A DNA stretch of 52,215 bases from a virus (lineage: Duplodnaviria; Caudoviricetes), in the IMG/VR virus record IMGVR_UViG_3300018933_000070, positions 1 to 52,215 of that record; one strand, given 5' to 3'. The notes below the pieces were generated by a model. It searched no databases, was not told the DNA's origin, and was given only the letters and a program-made list of their open reading frames with translations. Made by a program: the position numbers and the translations under genes. This document shows, piece after piece, positions 29,309 through 37,100 of this stretch (position 1 is the first letter of the stretch; each line of letters starts with the position of its first letter).

Positions 29309-29335
29309 ATTCGACATGAGGAAGGATTTCCCTGC
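29309..29335 (-). promoter_or_regulatory. Putative SigH-type promoter
   Basis: GCAGGGAAAT-N10-GTCGAAT. Confidence 0.55.
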
Positions 29336-29449
29336 CTAACAGAAAGCAATAATAGCACAAACAATCAACGCCCATAATGGTATTGATATCATCAGACCAT
29401 TTAACATCCCATTAAACACACCTAGAATATTATGCTCATCTTCGTTCAT
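29336..29449 (-). CDS. Small membrane peptide (37 aa, MNEDEHNILG...PLWALIVCAIIAFC)
   Basis: AAAGGAG RBS; hydrophobic C-terminal helix. Confidence 0.55.
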   Translation of the reverse strand: MNEDEHNILGVFNGMLNGLMISIPLWALIVCAIIAFC

Positions 29450-29571
29450 GTTCAAGGCTCCTTTCACACCGCTGTTTGCAGCAGAACTGCTTGGTCCCCG
29501 TCCATTGCCCCCAAAAACAACCTTTGCATTTATCAGGCTGCTTCGGTTTATATCGTGGCCGTTGCAGCTTA

Positions 29572-29658
29572 TTACGTTTTCCGGCCATGTCGACGTTCCT
29601 CTCGATTTCTTGGTGAGCTGCCTGCTGTCACTTTGATCAACCATTGGATCCACTTCAT
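29572..29658 (-). CDS. 28-aa Arg-rich peptide MKWIQWLIKVTAGSSPRNREERRHGRKT
   Basis: AAGGAGCGTGA RBS; hand translation. Confidence 0.45.
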   Translation of the reverse strand: MKWIQWLIKVTAGSSPRNREERRHGRKT

Positions 29659-29684
29659 AAAAGATCACGCTCCTTAGCGAAAAT

Positions 29685-29715
29685 AAAAAAAGCCGCTCCG
29701 GGAAGGAACGACTTC
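29685..29715 (-). terminator. Intrinsic terminator in the late leader
   Basis: AAGTCGTTCC-TTCCC-GGAGCGGCTT followed by TTTT on the minus strand, with G-U pairs. Confidence 0.65.
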
Positions 29716-30009
29716 AGAATATATATTCAGTTCATATCTGCAAAGAGATCCGTCAGAGCATGGCGACCGTGCCGGCCGCAGCAAAAACGCTGCGCTCTTT
29801 GCTTTAAAAGCATCTGTACTTAGTAACTAGATACGTTTGACAAGACCATTTTAACGAGCCCGAAAAATTCGAGTCAAAACCTAAAATCGCCAAATTATCG
29901 AAATAGCTCCAAAGTATGCGAATAGTTCATCAGATATCTCACTATTTTGATATTTGTCCCCGTTTGTATTATTCTGGAAAGTGACAAGTCATAGACAGGA
30001 GAGTTATGG

Positions 30010-30126
30010 TTGAATAAAACGTTATCAATTGTTATCACTACAGTAGTCGCACTCTTATTTGTATCAGCCATAACAAGCATTGTAGCTGGTATCGTCACAC
30101 TCTTGATTGTGTCAGCACTCTTGTAA
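30010..30126 (+). CDS. 38-aa very hydrophobic peptide MNKTLSIVITTVVALLFVSAITSIVAGIVTLLIVSALL
   Basis: TTG start, AGGAG RBS, TTGATA-N17-TATTCT promoter at 29947-29975. Confidence 0.55.
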   Translation: MNKTLSIVITTVVALLFVSAITSIVAGIVTLLIVSALL

Positions 30127-30269
30127 TGCATTAATCAATACTCGGCCACTTCAGATTTTAGTTCCTGTCTTAAAGTGGTAATAGAAAAAGCGAGAAGAGG
30201 TACGCCCCGGTTACAATTGCCGCATTTATGCGGCTCGTGCGTGTCATTCTCGCCTTTTTCTATGCTTAC

Positions 30270-30349
30270 ATCCTACCACGGGAAAACCGTCATGTGATGC
30301 TCAAGTTAGGGTCACGTTAGAGTCAATTAGTGTTCAGTTTACGGTCAAA
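30270..30349 (-). promoter_or_regulatory. Late promoter with six 11-bp-periodic repeats (putative ArpU/RinA-type activator sites)
   Basis: TCA at 30290, 30301, 30312, 30323, 30334 and 30345 (minus-strand units such as TTGACTCTAAC); extended -10 TGGTAGGAT. Confidence 0.75.
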
Positions 30350-30490
30350 TTCCGCTTAATTCCATGCATGTTCTGCTTAATCAATTTTCCTGATATTAAA
30401 GCAGATGAGGTTATTAAGCTAACGGCAGGATAATGCAATGAGCAAATGGACAACCTTGGTTACAAATGTATAGGGGGCACAGCTAACTTC

Positions 30491-30521
30491 TTGACTTAGA
30501 GTGAACTCTAAGTATTACTCT
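30491..30521 (+). promoter_or_regulatory. MerR-type promoter/operator 1
   Basis: TTGACT-N19-TACTCT with palindrome CTTAGAG-TGAA-CTCTAAG. Confidence 0.85.
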
Positions 30522-30571
30522 CTTTTTATAGCACAATTTAAGAAATGGCATATCAAATTTAATGGAGGCGA

Positions 30572-30946
30572 TTGAAATTGACATATTCGATTGGTGAATT
30601 TTCTAAAATCGTTGGGGTAAGCGAACATACATTGAGGTATTACGAGAAAGAAGGGTTGATAAAAGTAAACAGAGACGAGAATAATGTGAGAGTTTACTCG
30701 GATAAAGACAAATTATGGGTTGAAACTTTGCTCCATCTAAAAAAATCGGGGATGTCACTAAAAGATATGAAACAATTTATCATGTGGGGGTATATGGGGG
30801 ATGAGACAATGGAAGAAAGGTTAGCACTTCTAAAAAAACATCGAAAAAAAGTAATAGAAGAATTCGAGAAGATTCGTCAAAGCTTAGAGTTTCTTGATAC
30901 TAAAATAAATTTTTATGAAAATGAATTAGGAAACTGTTTCTCTTAA
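30572..30946 (+). CDS. MerR-family regulator (AdhR-like)
   Basis: YSIGEFSKIVGVSEHTLRYYEKEGL; C-terminal Cys. Confidence 0.93.
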   Translation: MKLTYSIGEFSKIVGVSEHTLRYYEKEGLIKVNRDENNVRVYSDKDKLWVETLLHLKKSGMSLKDMKQFIMWGYMGDETMEERLALLKKHRKKVIEEFEKIRQSLEFLDTKINFYENELGNCFS

Positions 30947-30982
30947 TATAATTAAAGGAAAAAAATAGAAGAGAAAATCCGC

Positions 30983-31013
30983 TTGCTTTAGAGTGCGCTC
31001 AAAGGAGTAACCT
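30983..31013 (+). promoter_or_regulatory. MerR-type promoter/operator 2
   Basis: TTGCTT-N19-TAACCT with TTTAGAG-TGCG-CTCAAAG. Confidence 0.75.
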
Positions 31014-31097
31014 ATTCTTGCTCCATTAGATTCATGTTGGGGAATACGCAGTGAAAAATGGGGAAAATTAAGTTTACAAAATTAGGAGGATTACTTT

Positions 31098-31940
31098 ATG
31101 GCTAACAATAAAGTTTGGTTTATCACTGGTGCGGGTCGCGGTATGGGGGTTGACATTGCAAAGGCTGCTCTTGCGGCTGGGCATCGTGTAGTTGCTACCG
31201 GGCGAAATACTGAAAAGGTATCCAATGTTCTAGGGGAGCATGAAAATCTGCTAGTCTTCAGATTGGACATCACTAACCCTTCCGATGCAGAAGCTGCTGT
31301 CAAGGCAGCAGTTGATCGATTTGGCACCATTGATGTGCTGGTCAACAACGCCGCCAACTTCTATGCAGGATATTTTGAGGAGTTGACTCAAGAAAATATC
31401 GAGCGTCAAATTGCTACCAATGTCTTTGGCCCGATGAACGTCACCCGTGCTGTATTACCTATTATGCGTAAAAATCGTTCCGGCCACATCATTTCCATCT
31501 CATCAATCGCGGGTCTTGTTGGACAAGAATATGTTTCTGCTTATTGCGCTTCTAAGTTCGCTCTTGAGGGATGGATGGAATCTCTGCACCATGAAGTTGC
31601 TCCGTTTGGTATCAAAACTACCATCGTTGAGCCGGGGTTCTTCCGCACCGAATTGTTGGAGCCGGAGTCAACATTCTGGCCCGAGTTGACAATCGACGAT
31701 TATACCGAGCGCTCCAATAAAAGCCGCACTATGTTTGAGTCAGTAAACGGGAACCAACCTGGAGACCCAGCCAAACTTGCTAAGGCGCTGCTCATTATTG
31801 CAAACGAGAAGGAGCCACCGCTGCGCTGGATCGCTGGAGTTGATGCAATAGCTGGTGCTGAGCAGAAGGTAGCAGAACTCCAACAGCAGATCAACACTTA
31901 CCGTGATTTATCAATTTCTCTTGCGCATGAGGATGTATAA
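31098..31940 (+). CDS. Short-chain dehydrogenase/reductase
   Basis: TGAGRGMG, NNAA, YCASK. Confidence 0.95.
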   Translation: MANNKVWFITGAGRGMGVDIAKAALAAGHRVVATGRNTEKVSNVLGEHENLLVFRLDITNPSDAEAAVKAAVDRFGTIDVLVNNAANFYAGYFEELTQENIERQIATNVFGPMNVTRAVLPIMRKNRSGHIISISSIAGLVGQEYVSAYCASKFALEGWMESLHHEVAPFGIKTTIVEPGFFRTELLEPESTFWPELTIDDYTERSNKSRTMFESVNGNQPGDPAKLAKALLIIANEKEPPLRWIAGVDAIAGAEQKVAELQQQINTYRDLSISLAHEDV

Positions 31941-32019
31941 TTACGAGTTATCGATGCTGATAACCCGTATTGCAACTGTTTTGTATTAAGCTAGTGGGAA
32001 AAGTTAGTTCAATTAAAAT

Positions 32020-32067
32020 AGCGGTAAACTAAGAACTTTATTTCGCATCTTAGTTTGCCGCTTTTTG
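32020..32067 (+). terminator. Terminator between SDR and the convergent arpU-like gene
   Basis: AGCGGTAAACTAAGA...TCTTAGTTTGCCGCT-TTTT. Confidence 0.75.
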
Positions 32068-32079
32068 TTGCCTTACTTC

Positions 32080-32571
32080 TTAAAACTCCACATTATCTTG
32101 ATCAAAGAATCCCATCAGTTTTAACGTGTTAGCCATGCTCTCGGTTCCCTCGATGATCTTTCTACGGATAGTGCTGTCAGACAAGCCGTGGCGAAAGAAT
32201 AACAACGTCTCCTTGTAAGAGTAACCCTGCATATACCTAAACTCGACAGCCTTCCTTGCCTCGTCATCCTGAATTAATCCAAAGGCCCTCTCGAGTTGCC
32301 TAGTGTAGAACTGATATTTCTGATATACCCAGCGCTGCTTTTCAATCAGAATCGTAGCGTTGGCAGTCTTATCAGCATGCAGATCTTCCTGATCGATACG
32401 GCGAGCTGCTTCGCCATCTATGGCCACTTGTTTAAGGTCCTGTTCGAATTTCTCAAAATCCTGCATAAGCATAGTCATCTCTTTATATTTGCTGAGCAGG
32501 AATTTAGTGCGCTGGATCTCTGCTTCATTTGCTTTTGGAAAGAGCTCTGCTTGTCCCCATGCCATCGCCAT
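32080..32571 (-). CDS. ArpU/RinA-family late transcriptional activator
   Basis: Last gene of the early operon; sigma-region-4-like C-terminal HTH. Confidence 0.7.
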   Translation of the reverse strand: MAMAWGQAELFPKANEAEIQRTKFLLSKYKEMTMLMQDFEKFEQDLKQVAIDGEAARRIDQEDLHADKTANATILIEKQRWVYQKYQFYTRQLERAFGLIQDDEARKAVEFRYMQGYSYKETLLFFRHGLSDSTIRRKIIEGTESMANTLKLMGFFDQDNVEF

Positions 32572-32677
32572 TCCCCTCATTCCCCTTTATGCTATAATTA
32601 CTGAGAGGAATATATTACCGATTGACCCCCGCCCCGGCCAAGGATATGGGGGTCATTTATTTTTTGGAGGTTATCAA

Positions 32678-33388
32678 ATGTACGAGATTTCTTTCCCTAC
32701 TACAGACGAAATGAAGAAACTGAAGAAATTATCTACCCACTTTGAATTTACCGATTCAGAATTTATAAGTGAACAATTCACAATTTTAGATGATGAGACA
32801 ATTGAAATTAGAACTTGGGCTCGTATCTTGGCTCAACGCTTACGTGAATTAAATTTTAGTTATATGATGGCCTCATTTTATTATCAGAACGGCATCCCAG
32901 ATGAACCCTATTATGATAGAACAAACGATAAGTACTTCCCTAACTTCACAGAGAATCAACACCTGCTAAACAAAGAAGGTTTTGAATATTACAGTGAAGT
33001 CTTTCTTTTCAAATCCTTTTCCGCTCTAGACACAGTTGCACATATTCTATCAATAAATTACGGTATAAAATGGGCTATGATCTCATTTAACAACAATTTG
33101 GTTAAAAAGCTACTTCAAATTGATCCCCAAAAATTTGAGAGGTTGATAGGTATTGTCGAATCAAGTATTTTTAATGAAATTCGAACCTTTAGAAATAATG
33201 CAACCCACAATGCTTCTCCCGGTCAGGTGGACTCCGGCATATCTACGGATCAAAATGGAATGAATATTTTGTCTATTGGAAGTTACACTCCTGTATCGAA
33301 GAGATATCCGTTATTAACCTCTCTCAAAGACATGGTATTCGAAGTAGTAGGCATAGCCAAAATGAATAACCCTAAACAATCTTCTTGA
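32678..33388 (+). CDS. HEPN-domain protein (Cthe_2314-like), putative RNase/abortive infection
   Basis: KSFSALD..AHIL and RNNATHN (RxxxxH); AT-rich, opposite orientation; GGAGG RBS; extended -10 TGcTATAAT at 32590-32598. Confidence 0.8.
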   Translation: MYEISFPTTDEMKKLKKLSTHFEFTDSEFISEQFTILDDETIEIRTWARILAQRLRELNFSYMMASFYYQNGIPDEPYYDRTNDKYFPNFTENQHLLNKEGFEYYSEVFLFKSFSALDTVAHILSINYGIKWAMISFNNNLVKKLLQIDPQKFERLIGIVESSIFNEIRTFRNNATHNASPGQVDSGISTDQNGMNILSIGSYTPVSKRYPLLTSLKDMVFEVVGIAKMNNPKQSS

Positions 33389-33390
33389 GG

Positions 33391-34995
33391 TTATAACGTA
33401 AACTCCATCTGCCCAGCTCCTACAGCTTCCTTGTATCTCTCCAATGTTAGAGCATTGCCTGATCCCGTGCAAAGCTCAGGCAGATTCGCCCGGACTAGAG
33501 CCTCGGCGAACGGCGGCGGGACTGCGTTGCCGCAGCGAGCAACCTGAGCACTCTTTGAGTACCGTTTGCCGTCGGCATCAACATCGATGATGTAATTCGG
33601 CGGGAATCCCTGTGCGGCAAATAGTTCGTGGGGCTCTAGCATCCGCATGCCGATATCTACGATCTGGTAATCAACCCCATGGATCGTTACTAAGCCGAAC
33701 CTGTCCTTCGTGGTAACCGTGTGCAGGGGTTCGCCCAAGTTCTGGCCGTTATCAGCACTGCCGTAATATTTGAGCAGGAAGGCCCGAACCTCGCCGACGT
33801 GCAACCCACCGGCTGTGATTGTCGGCATCGGCTCCGCGATCGACTGGCCGTCTCGGCAGGTGCCCCGCAGCTTGATCAAGTGACTCGTTACCAATCCATA
33901 ACGGTTTGAAGTGTCCTGTGTAAGTAGCGGTCGGTCGAGCGTTTGCCCACGAGCGCTGTCGTCGTAGGAGTGGTACTGAGTCAGGAAAGCGGTAACTAAG
34001 CCCATCGCATGTGCGGCGCCTGCTGGACGTTCAGCCCCCGCGCCGGATGTGATTGTATGGAGTGGGTCAGACATTGGGTGTCCAATTGCACCACCGCGGA
34101 ACTTGGTAATATGCGGAATGACAATTCCCCATCCGTTCTTCGCTGTGATTGTTTGGAACGGCTGATCTATCTCTTGGCCTCTGAAAGCGTCGTCTTTGCT
34201 ATGGTTGACTTTGATCACGAATGGCCTCGGGTTATCAAAAACGAACTTTTGCAGTCCTCGGGCGATTCGTCTCATAGTGTTCTCCGCTAGAGGTCGTTTT
34301 CTTTCAAAGATGCTCGGGCATGGAATCGACCAGTCGATAATTTCGGCTGCCGTTCGCCATGGCTTCAGTTTACCGCTCTTTACCTCCTCACTCTCCGGAT
34401 CGCCATGCGTCGGATACGGCCAAACGATTGGGAGGCCGTCACGCCGAGCAACCACAAATAGCCTTTTTCTAATCGTCGGTGCACCATAATCGCACGCCCG
34501 AAGCTCCCGGCTATCCACCACGTAACCCAGGCTTTCAAGCTGTGATTTCCATTGTTCGTAAGTCTGGCCTTTCTTACTTTTTAACGGGCGACCCTTTCTT
34601 ACAGGGCCCCACGTTTTGAACTCCTCCACATTTTCAAGGATTATGACCCTTGGTCGAACCTTTCCAGCCCACTTGAGAACAATCCATGCCAGGCCACGGA
34701 TTTTCTTTTCTACCGGCTTTCCGCCCTTGGCCTTGGAAAAATGCTTACAGTCTGGAGAAAACCATGCCAATCCGACTGGCCTCCCCTTGGTCGCGTCACG
34801 GGGATCAACATCCCAAACCGATTCGCAGTAATGCTCCGTCTCAGGGTGATTGGCGCGATGCATAGAGATCGCTGCTGGATCGTGGTTAATCGCAATATCT
34901 ACACTCCGGCCGGTTGCCAGCTCGATCCCTGTAGAAGCTCCCCCGCCGCCGGCGAAGTTGTCTACGATTAGTTCTCTTGGTGTCAAAAATTTCAT
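33391..34995 (-). CDS. DNA cytosine-C5 methyltransferase
   Basis: FAGGGG, SPDC, ENV, R.RLF, AQGFP, GNAVPP. Confidence 0.93.
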   Translation of the reverse strand: MKFLTPRELIVDNFAGGGGASTGIELATGRSVDIAINHDPAAISMHRANHPETEHYCESVWDVDPRDATKGRPVGLAWFSPDCKHFSKAKGGKPVEKKIRGLAWIVLKWAGKVRPRVIILENVEEFKTWGPVRKGRPLKSKKGQTYEQWKSQLESLGYVVDSRELRACDYGAPTIRKRLFVVARRDGLPIVWPYPTHGDPESEEVKSGKLKPWRTAAEIIDWSIPCPSIFERKRPLAENTMRRIARGLQKFVFDNPRPFVIKVNHSKDDAFRGQEIDQPFQTITAKNGWGIVIPHITKFRGGAIGHPMSDPLHTITSGAGAERPAGAAHAMGLVTAFLTQYHSYDDSARGQTLDRPLLTQDTSNRYGLVTSHLIKLRGTCRDGQSIAEPMPTITAGGLHVGEVRAFLLKYYGSADNGQNLGEPLHTVTTKDRFGLVTIHGVDYQIVDIGMRMLEPHELFAAQGFPPNYIIDVDADGKRYSKSAQVARCGNAVPPPFAEALVRANLPELCTGSGNALTLERYKEAVGAGQMEFTL

Positions 34996-35091
34996 CTTAA
35001 TCCCCCCACAAGAAATAGATCATATGTTCTATCCGAAGCATGTATTTAGATACCCCGGTCAGCTTCGACCGGGGCTCGCTTGCATCTATCC

Positions 35092-35940
35092 TTAGGCCAC
35101 GCCGTGGCTCATCATTACCTTTTTGACTTCTTCCTTGTACTTGGAGATTTTGCCGCTCAATTGCCCAGAGGTCATCCCCACTTCTTTAGCGATCTCCCTC
35201 CAGGTCACTCCATCCTTCCGTTTACGCTCGAACAACCTTGGGAAGTCGAGCTGAAGGTCTGGGAAAGATGGGCGCTGCGAGAGGATGTATTGTTCCAACT
35301 CTTCCGGGCTGATCTCGACGTCGCCAGCAGTTTGGTTTTCCTCGGCAGCAGCTGGAGCGCCATCCTCCCCCGATTCCTGATCAGTATCCTCGAAGTTCAT
35401 TTCCTGATCGCTTGGAGGCTGTTCGTCTTTTGTTTCCTTCATCCATTCCGGCAGATCGGATCCTTCCTGAGCTTTTCCCTCACCCATAATTCCCTTATCA
35501 TTGTCACTCAGCTCATCGCCTTCTTCTGTCGGCGGTGCGTCTTCTGCCGGCGGCTCCCCTTCCGGATCTCCTGCCTGATCCACGCCAAGACCCGATTCTT
35601 CTCCTGTACCCGATTCATCAAGTGGCAGCTCTGCCTGGTTCTCGTCCTTTTCAGGCTGCTCGACCGATGTCACCACGCCGGAGGCATCCGTTGTTACTTG
35701 GCGGCCGCCTGTGTATAGCTTGTACGCGTCGTCATCCTCCTCATCAAAATCGAATGACATTTGCGGATCCCCAAGGAATACGTTAAGCTCTTCCCCCTGG
35801 TTGTTACTTAAGAAGACCAAATGCGGTAATGCTGCTTTAAGCGGAAAGGTCAATTTAATCTCAATAGACGATTCCCCAATTTTGATGCCTTTCGCTAATT
35901 CTCCAGTAAGCTTCGCAAAATCTTTCCCCATATCGATCAC
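35092..35940 (-). CDS. Hypothetical protein with a long acidic linker and C-terminal HTH
   Basis: D/E-rich centre; TWREIAKEVGMTSGQL. Confidence 0.75.
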   Translation of the reverse strand: MIDMGKDFAKLTGELAKGIKIGESSIEIKLTFPLKAALPHLVFLSNNQGEELNVFLGDPQMSFDFDEEDDDAYKLYTGGRQVTTDASGVVTSVEQPEKDENQAELPLDESGTGEESGLGVDQAGDPEGEPPAEDAPPTEEGDELSDNDKGIMGEGKAQEGSDLPEWMKETKDEQPPSDQEMNFEDTDQESGEDGAPAAAEENQTAGDVEISPEELEQYILSQRPSFPDLQLDFPRLFERKRKDGVTWREIAKEVGMTSGQLSGKISKYKEEVKKVMMSHGVA

Positions 35941-36479
35941 TTTCCTCTCTTCTTTTTCTTATTTGCCGGCTTCTTTGCCGGCGGATTTATAATGTTATGA
36001 ATGACTTCCTGCTGCGGTTTGGTGAGCGGAACATCTTCATGAATCGCTCTAATAATTTGTGCCAGGACAAATGCGTCCCGGACGTTATCGCTTGGGTGTT
36101 CAAACCCCCAGCGTTTGAAAATAGGCAAGATCAAATCGTCTTTCGATCCTTTCCCCACCCCGGTAGCAAATTTTTTGAGCTGGGTAGGAGCTACCTCGAT
36201 GTATTTCTGCTTTCGAACATGCAGTCCGATGCGGATTGCCCAGCCTATTGCGTACTGTTGTCCCACAAACGAACCCGTCGAACCATGAGAAAACCCTTCG
36301 ATGGCCACCCTGTCGGTTGGTTGGATTAACCGGAGTGTCCGGACAACGACATCGTTGATCCGTCCAGCATCTAACGCCCCCTCCGCTTGAATCTCAATCC
36401 TTTTCAAGACATTACCGTTCGGGTCCAATATAGCGACCCCTGTTTTGGTTGAGTGGTCAACACCGACATATCGGTTCAT
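35937..36479 (-). CDS. RuvC-like Holliday junction resolvase
   Basis: VGVDHS..TG, AIEG, PTQLKKFATG, DNVRDA. Confidence 0.8.
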   Translation of the reverse strand: MNRYVGVDHSTKTGVAILDPNGNVLKRIEIQAEGALDAGRINDVVVRTLRLIQPTDRVAIEGFSHGSTGSFVGQQYAIGWAIRIGLHVRKQKYIEVAPTQLKKFATGVGKGSKDDLILPIFKRWGFEHPSDNVRDAFVLAQIIRAIHEDVPLTKPQQEVIHNIINPPAKKPANKKKKRGK

Positions 36480-36604
36480 ATCCCCACCTTCTTCAACTGT
36501 TCGGCGGCATACCGATAAGCTGCAGCAGCTGCCTCGTTATCTACGACCTCTGCCTTCGTTTCAAGATCGTCAATAACCCTTTTGATTTCTTCTCGCACTT
36601 CCAC
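36476..36604 (-). CDS. Small hypothetical protein (42 aa, VEVREEIKRVIDDL...)
   Basis: AGGAGG RBS; stop overlaps the resolvase ATG. Confidence 0.5.
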   Translation of the reverse strand: MEVREEIKRVIDDLETKAEVVDNEAAAAAYRYAAEQLKKVGI

Positions 36605-36746
36605 GTTTCTTGGCCCTCCTTTTTCTCTTGGATTTCAACCAGCCACGAAGCACGAAAACCTCTCCTATCTGTTTGCCGTCGTGATCGTATATGATCTCCC
36701 ATGGTACCTCTTGAAAAAACGGATCGATGGAGGCCTTACTATGCAT
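36570..36746 (-). CDS. Small hypothetical protein (58 aa, MHSKASIDPFF...)
   Basis: Coupled to upstream ORF; hand translation. Confidence 0.5.
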   Translation of the reverse strand: MHSKASIDPFFQEVPWEIIYDHDGKQIGEVFVLRGWLKSKRKRRAKKRGSARRNQKGY

Positions 36747-36924
36747 GTAATCGACCCCCGATCGACATGGCCAGATTGAATTCCTTCACGCCCTCTTCGA
36801 TAAGTGCCGGCTCCATGTCAGCAAATTCGGCGAGCAGTTCCTGCTGATCCGGCATCAGACCGGTATGAATGTACCGATGCCTCATGTACTCATAAACGTG
36901 CCAGTGACTCCACCTGCTCATCAC
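36739..36924 (-). CDS. Hypothetical protein
   Basis: Coupled ORF in the replication operon. Confidence 0.6.
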   Translation of the reverse strand: MMSRWSHWHVYEYMRHRYIHTGLMPDQQELLAEFADMEPALIEEGVKEFNLAMSIGGRLHA

Positions 36925-37079
36925 GCACCCCGCCGGATCGTCCGCGAGCTGTTAGTGTACCGATGAATCAGGACCATAGCTGCAGGTGTATCTCGCTCTA
37001 CGAGCCAGTTTTCGGGGTTGAGTCCCCGGTCTTTGATTTCAATTCTTTGCCGCCTCGTCGGCCGCTTTCCGTTCTTCAT
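36921..37079 (-). CDS. DUF6906-like small protein (52 aa)
   Basis: MKNGKRPTRRQ...GLNPENWLV. Confidence 0.7.
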   Translation of the reverse strand: MKNGKRPTRRQRIEIKDRGLNPENWLVERDTPAAMVLIHRYTNSSRTIRRGA

Positions 37080-37100
37080 CTCCCATTAGCCTCCTTTGGC

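Noticed and set aside
29336-29668. 110-aa ORF as a single protein
   Set aside because: Better explained by two small ORFs with their own RBSs (29572-29658 and 29336-29449)
29740-29802. Three-way junction as a hammerhead ribozyme
   Set aside because: CUGACGGA only partly matches CUGANGA and the GAAA core is absent
29895-30131. 78-aa minus-strand ORF
   Set aside because: No clear RBS; the opposite strand has a promoter, RBS and coherent hydrophobic peptide
30283-30349. Tandem repeats as a CRISPR mini-array
   Set aside because: Degenerate 11-bp period without spacers, adjacent to a -10 box; fits activator sites. No cas genes or repeat-spacer arrays were seen in the window
32420-32677. N-terminal extension of the HEPN ORF
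   Set aside because: Antisense to the arpU-like gene and spans the promoter and hairpin; RBS supports ATG at 32678
36476-36746. Possible frameshifted gene upstream of the resolvase
   Set aside because: Re-reading shows two overlapping intact small ORFs in different frames
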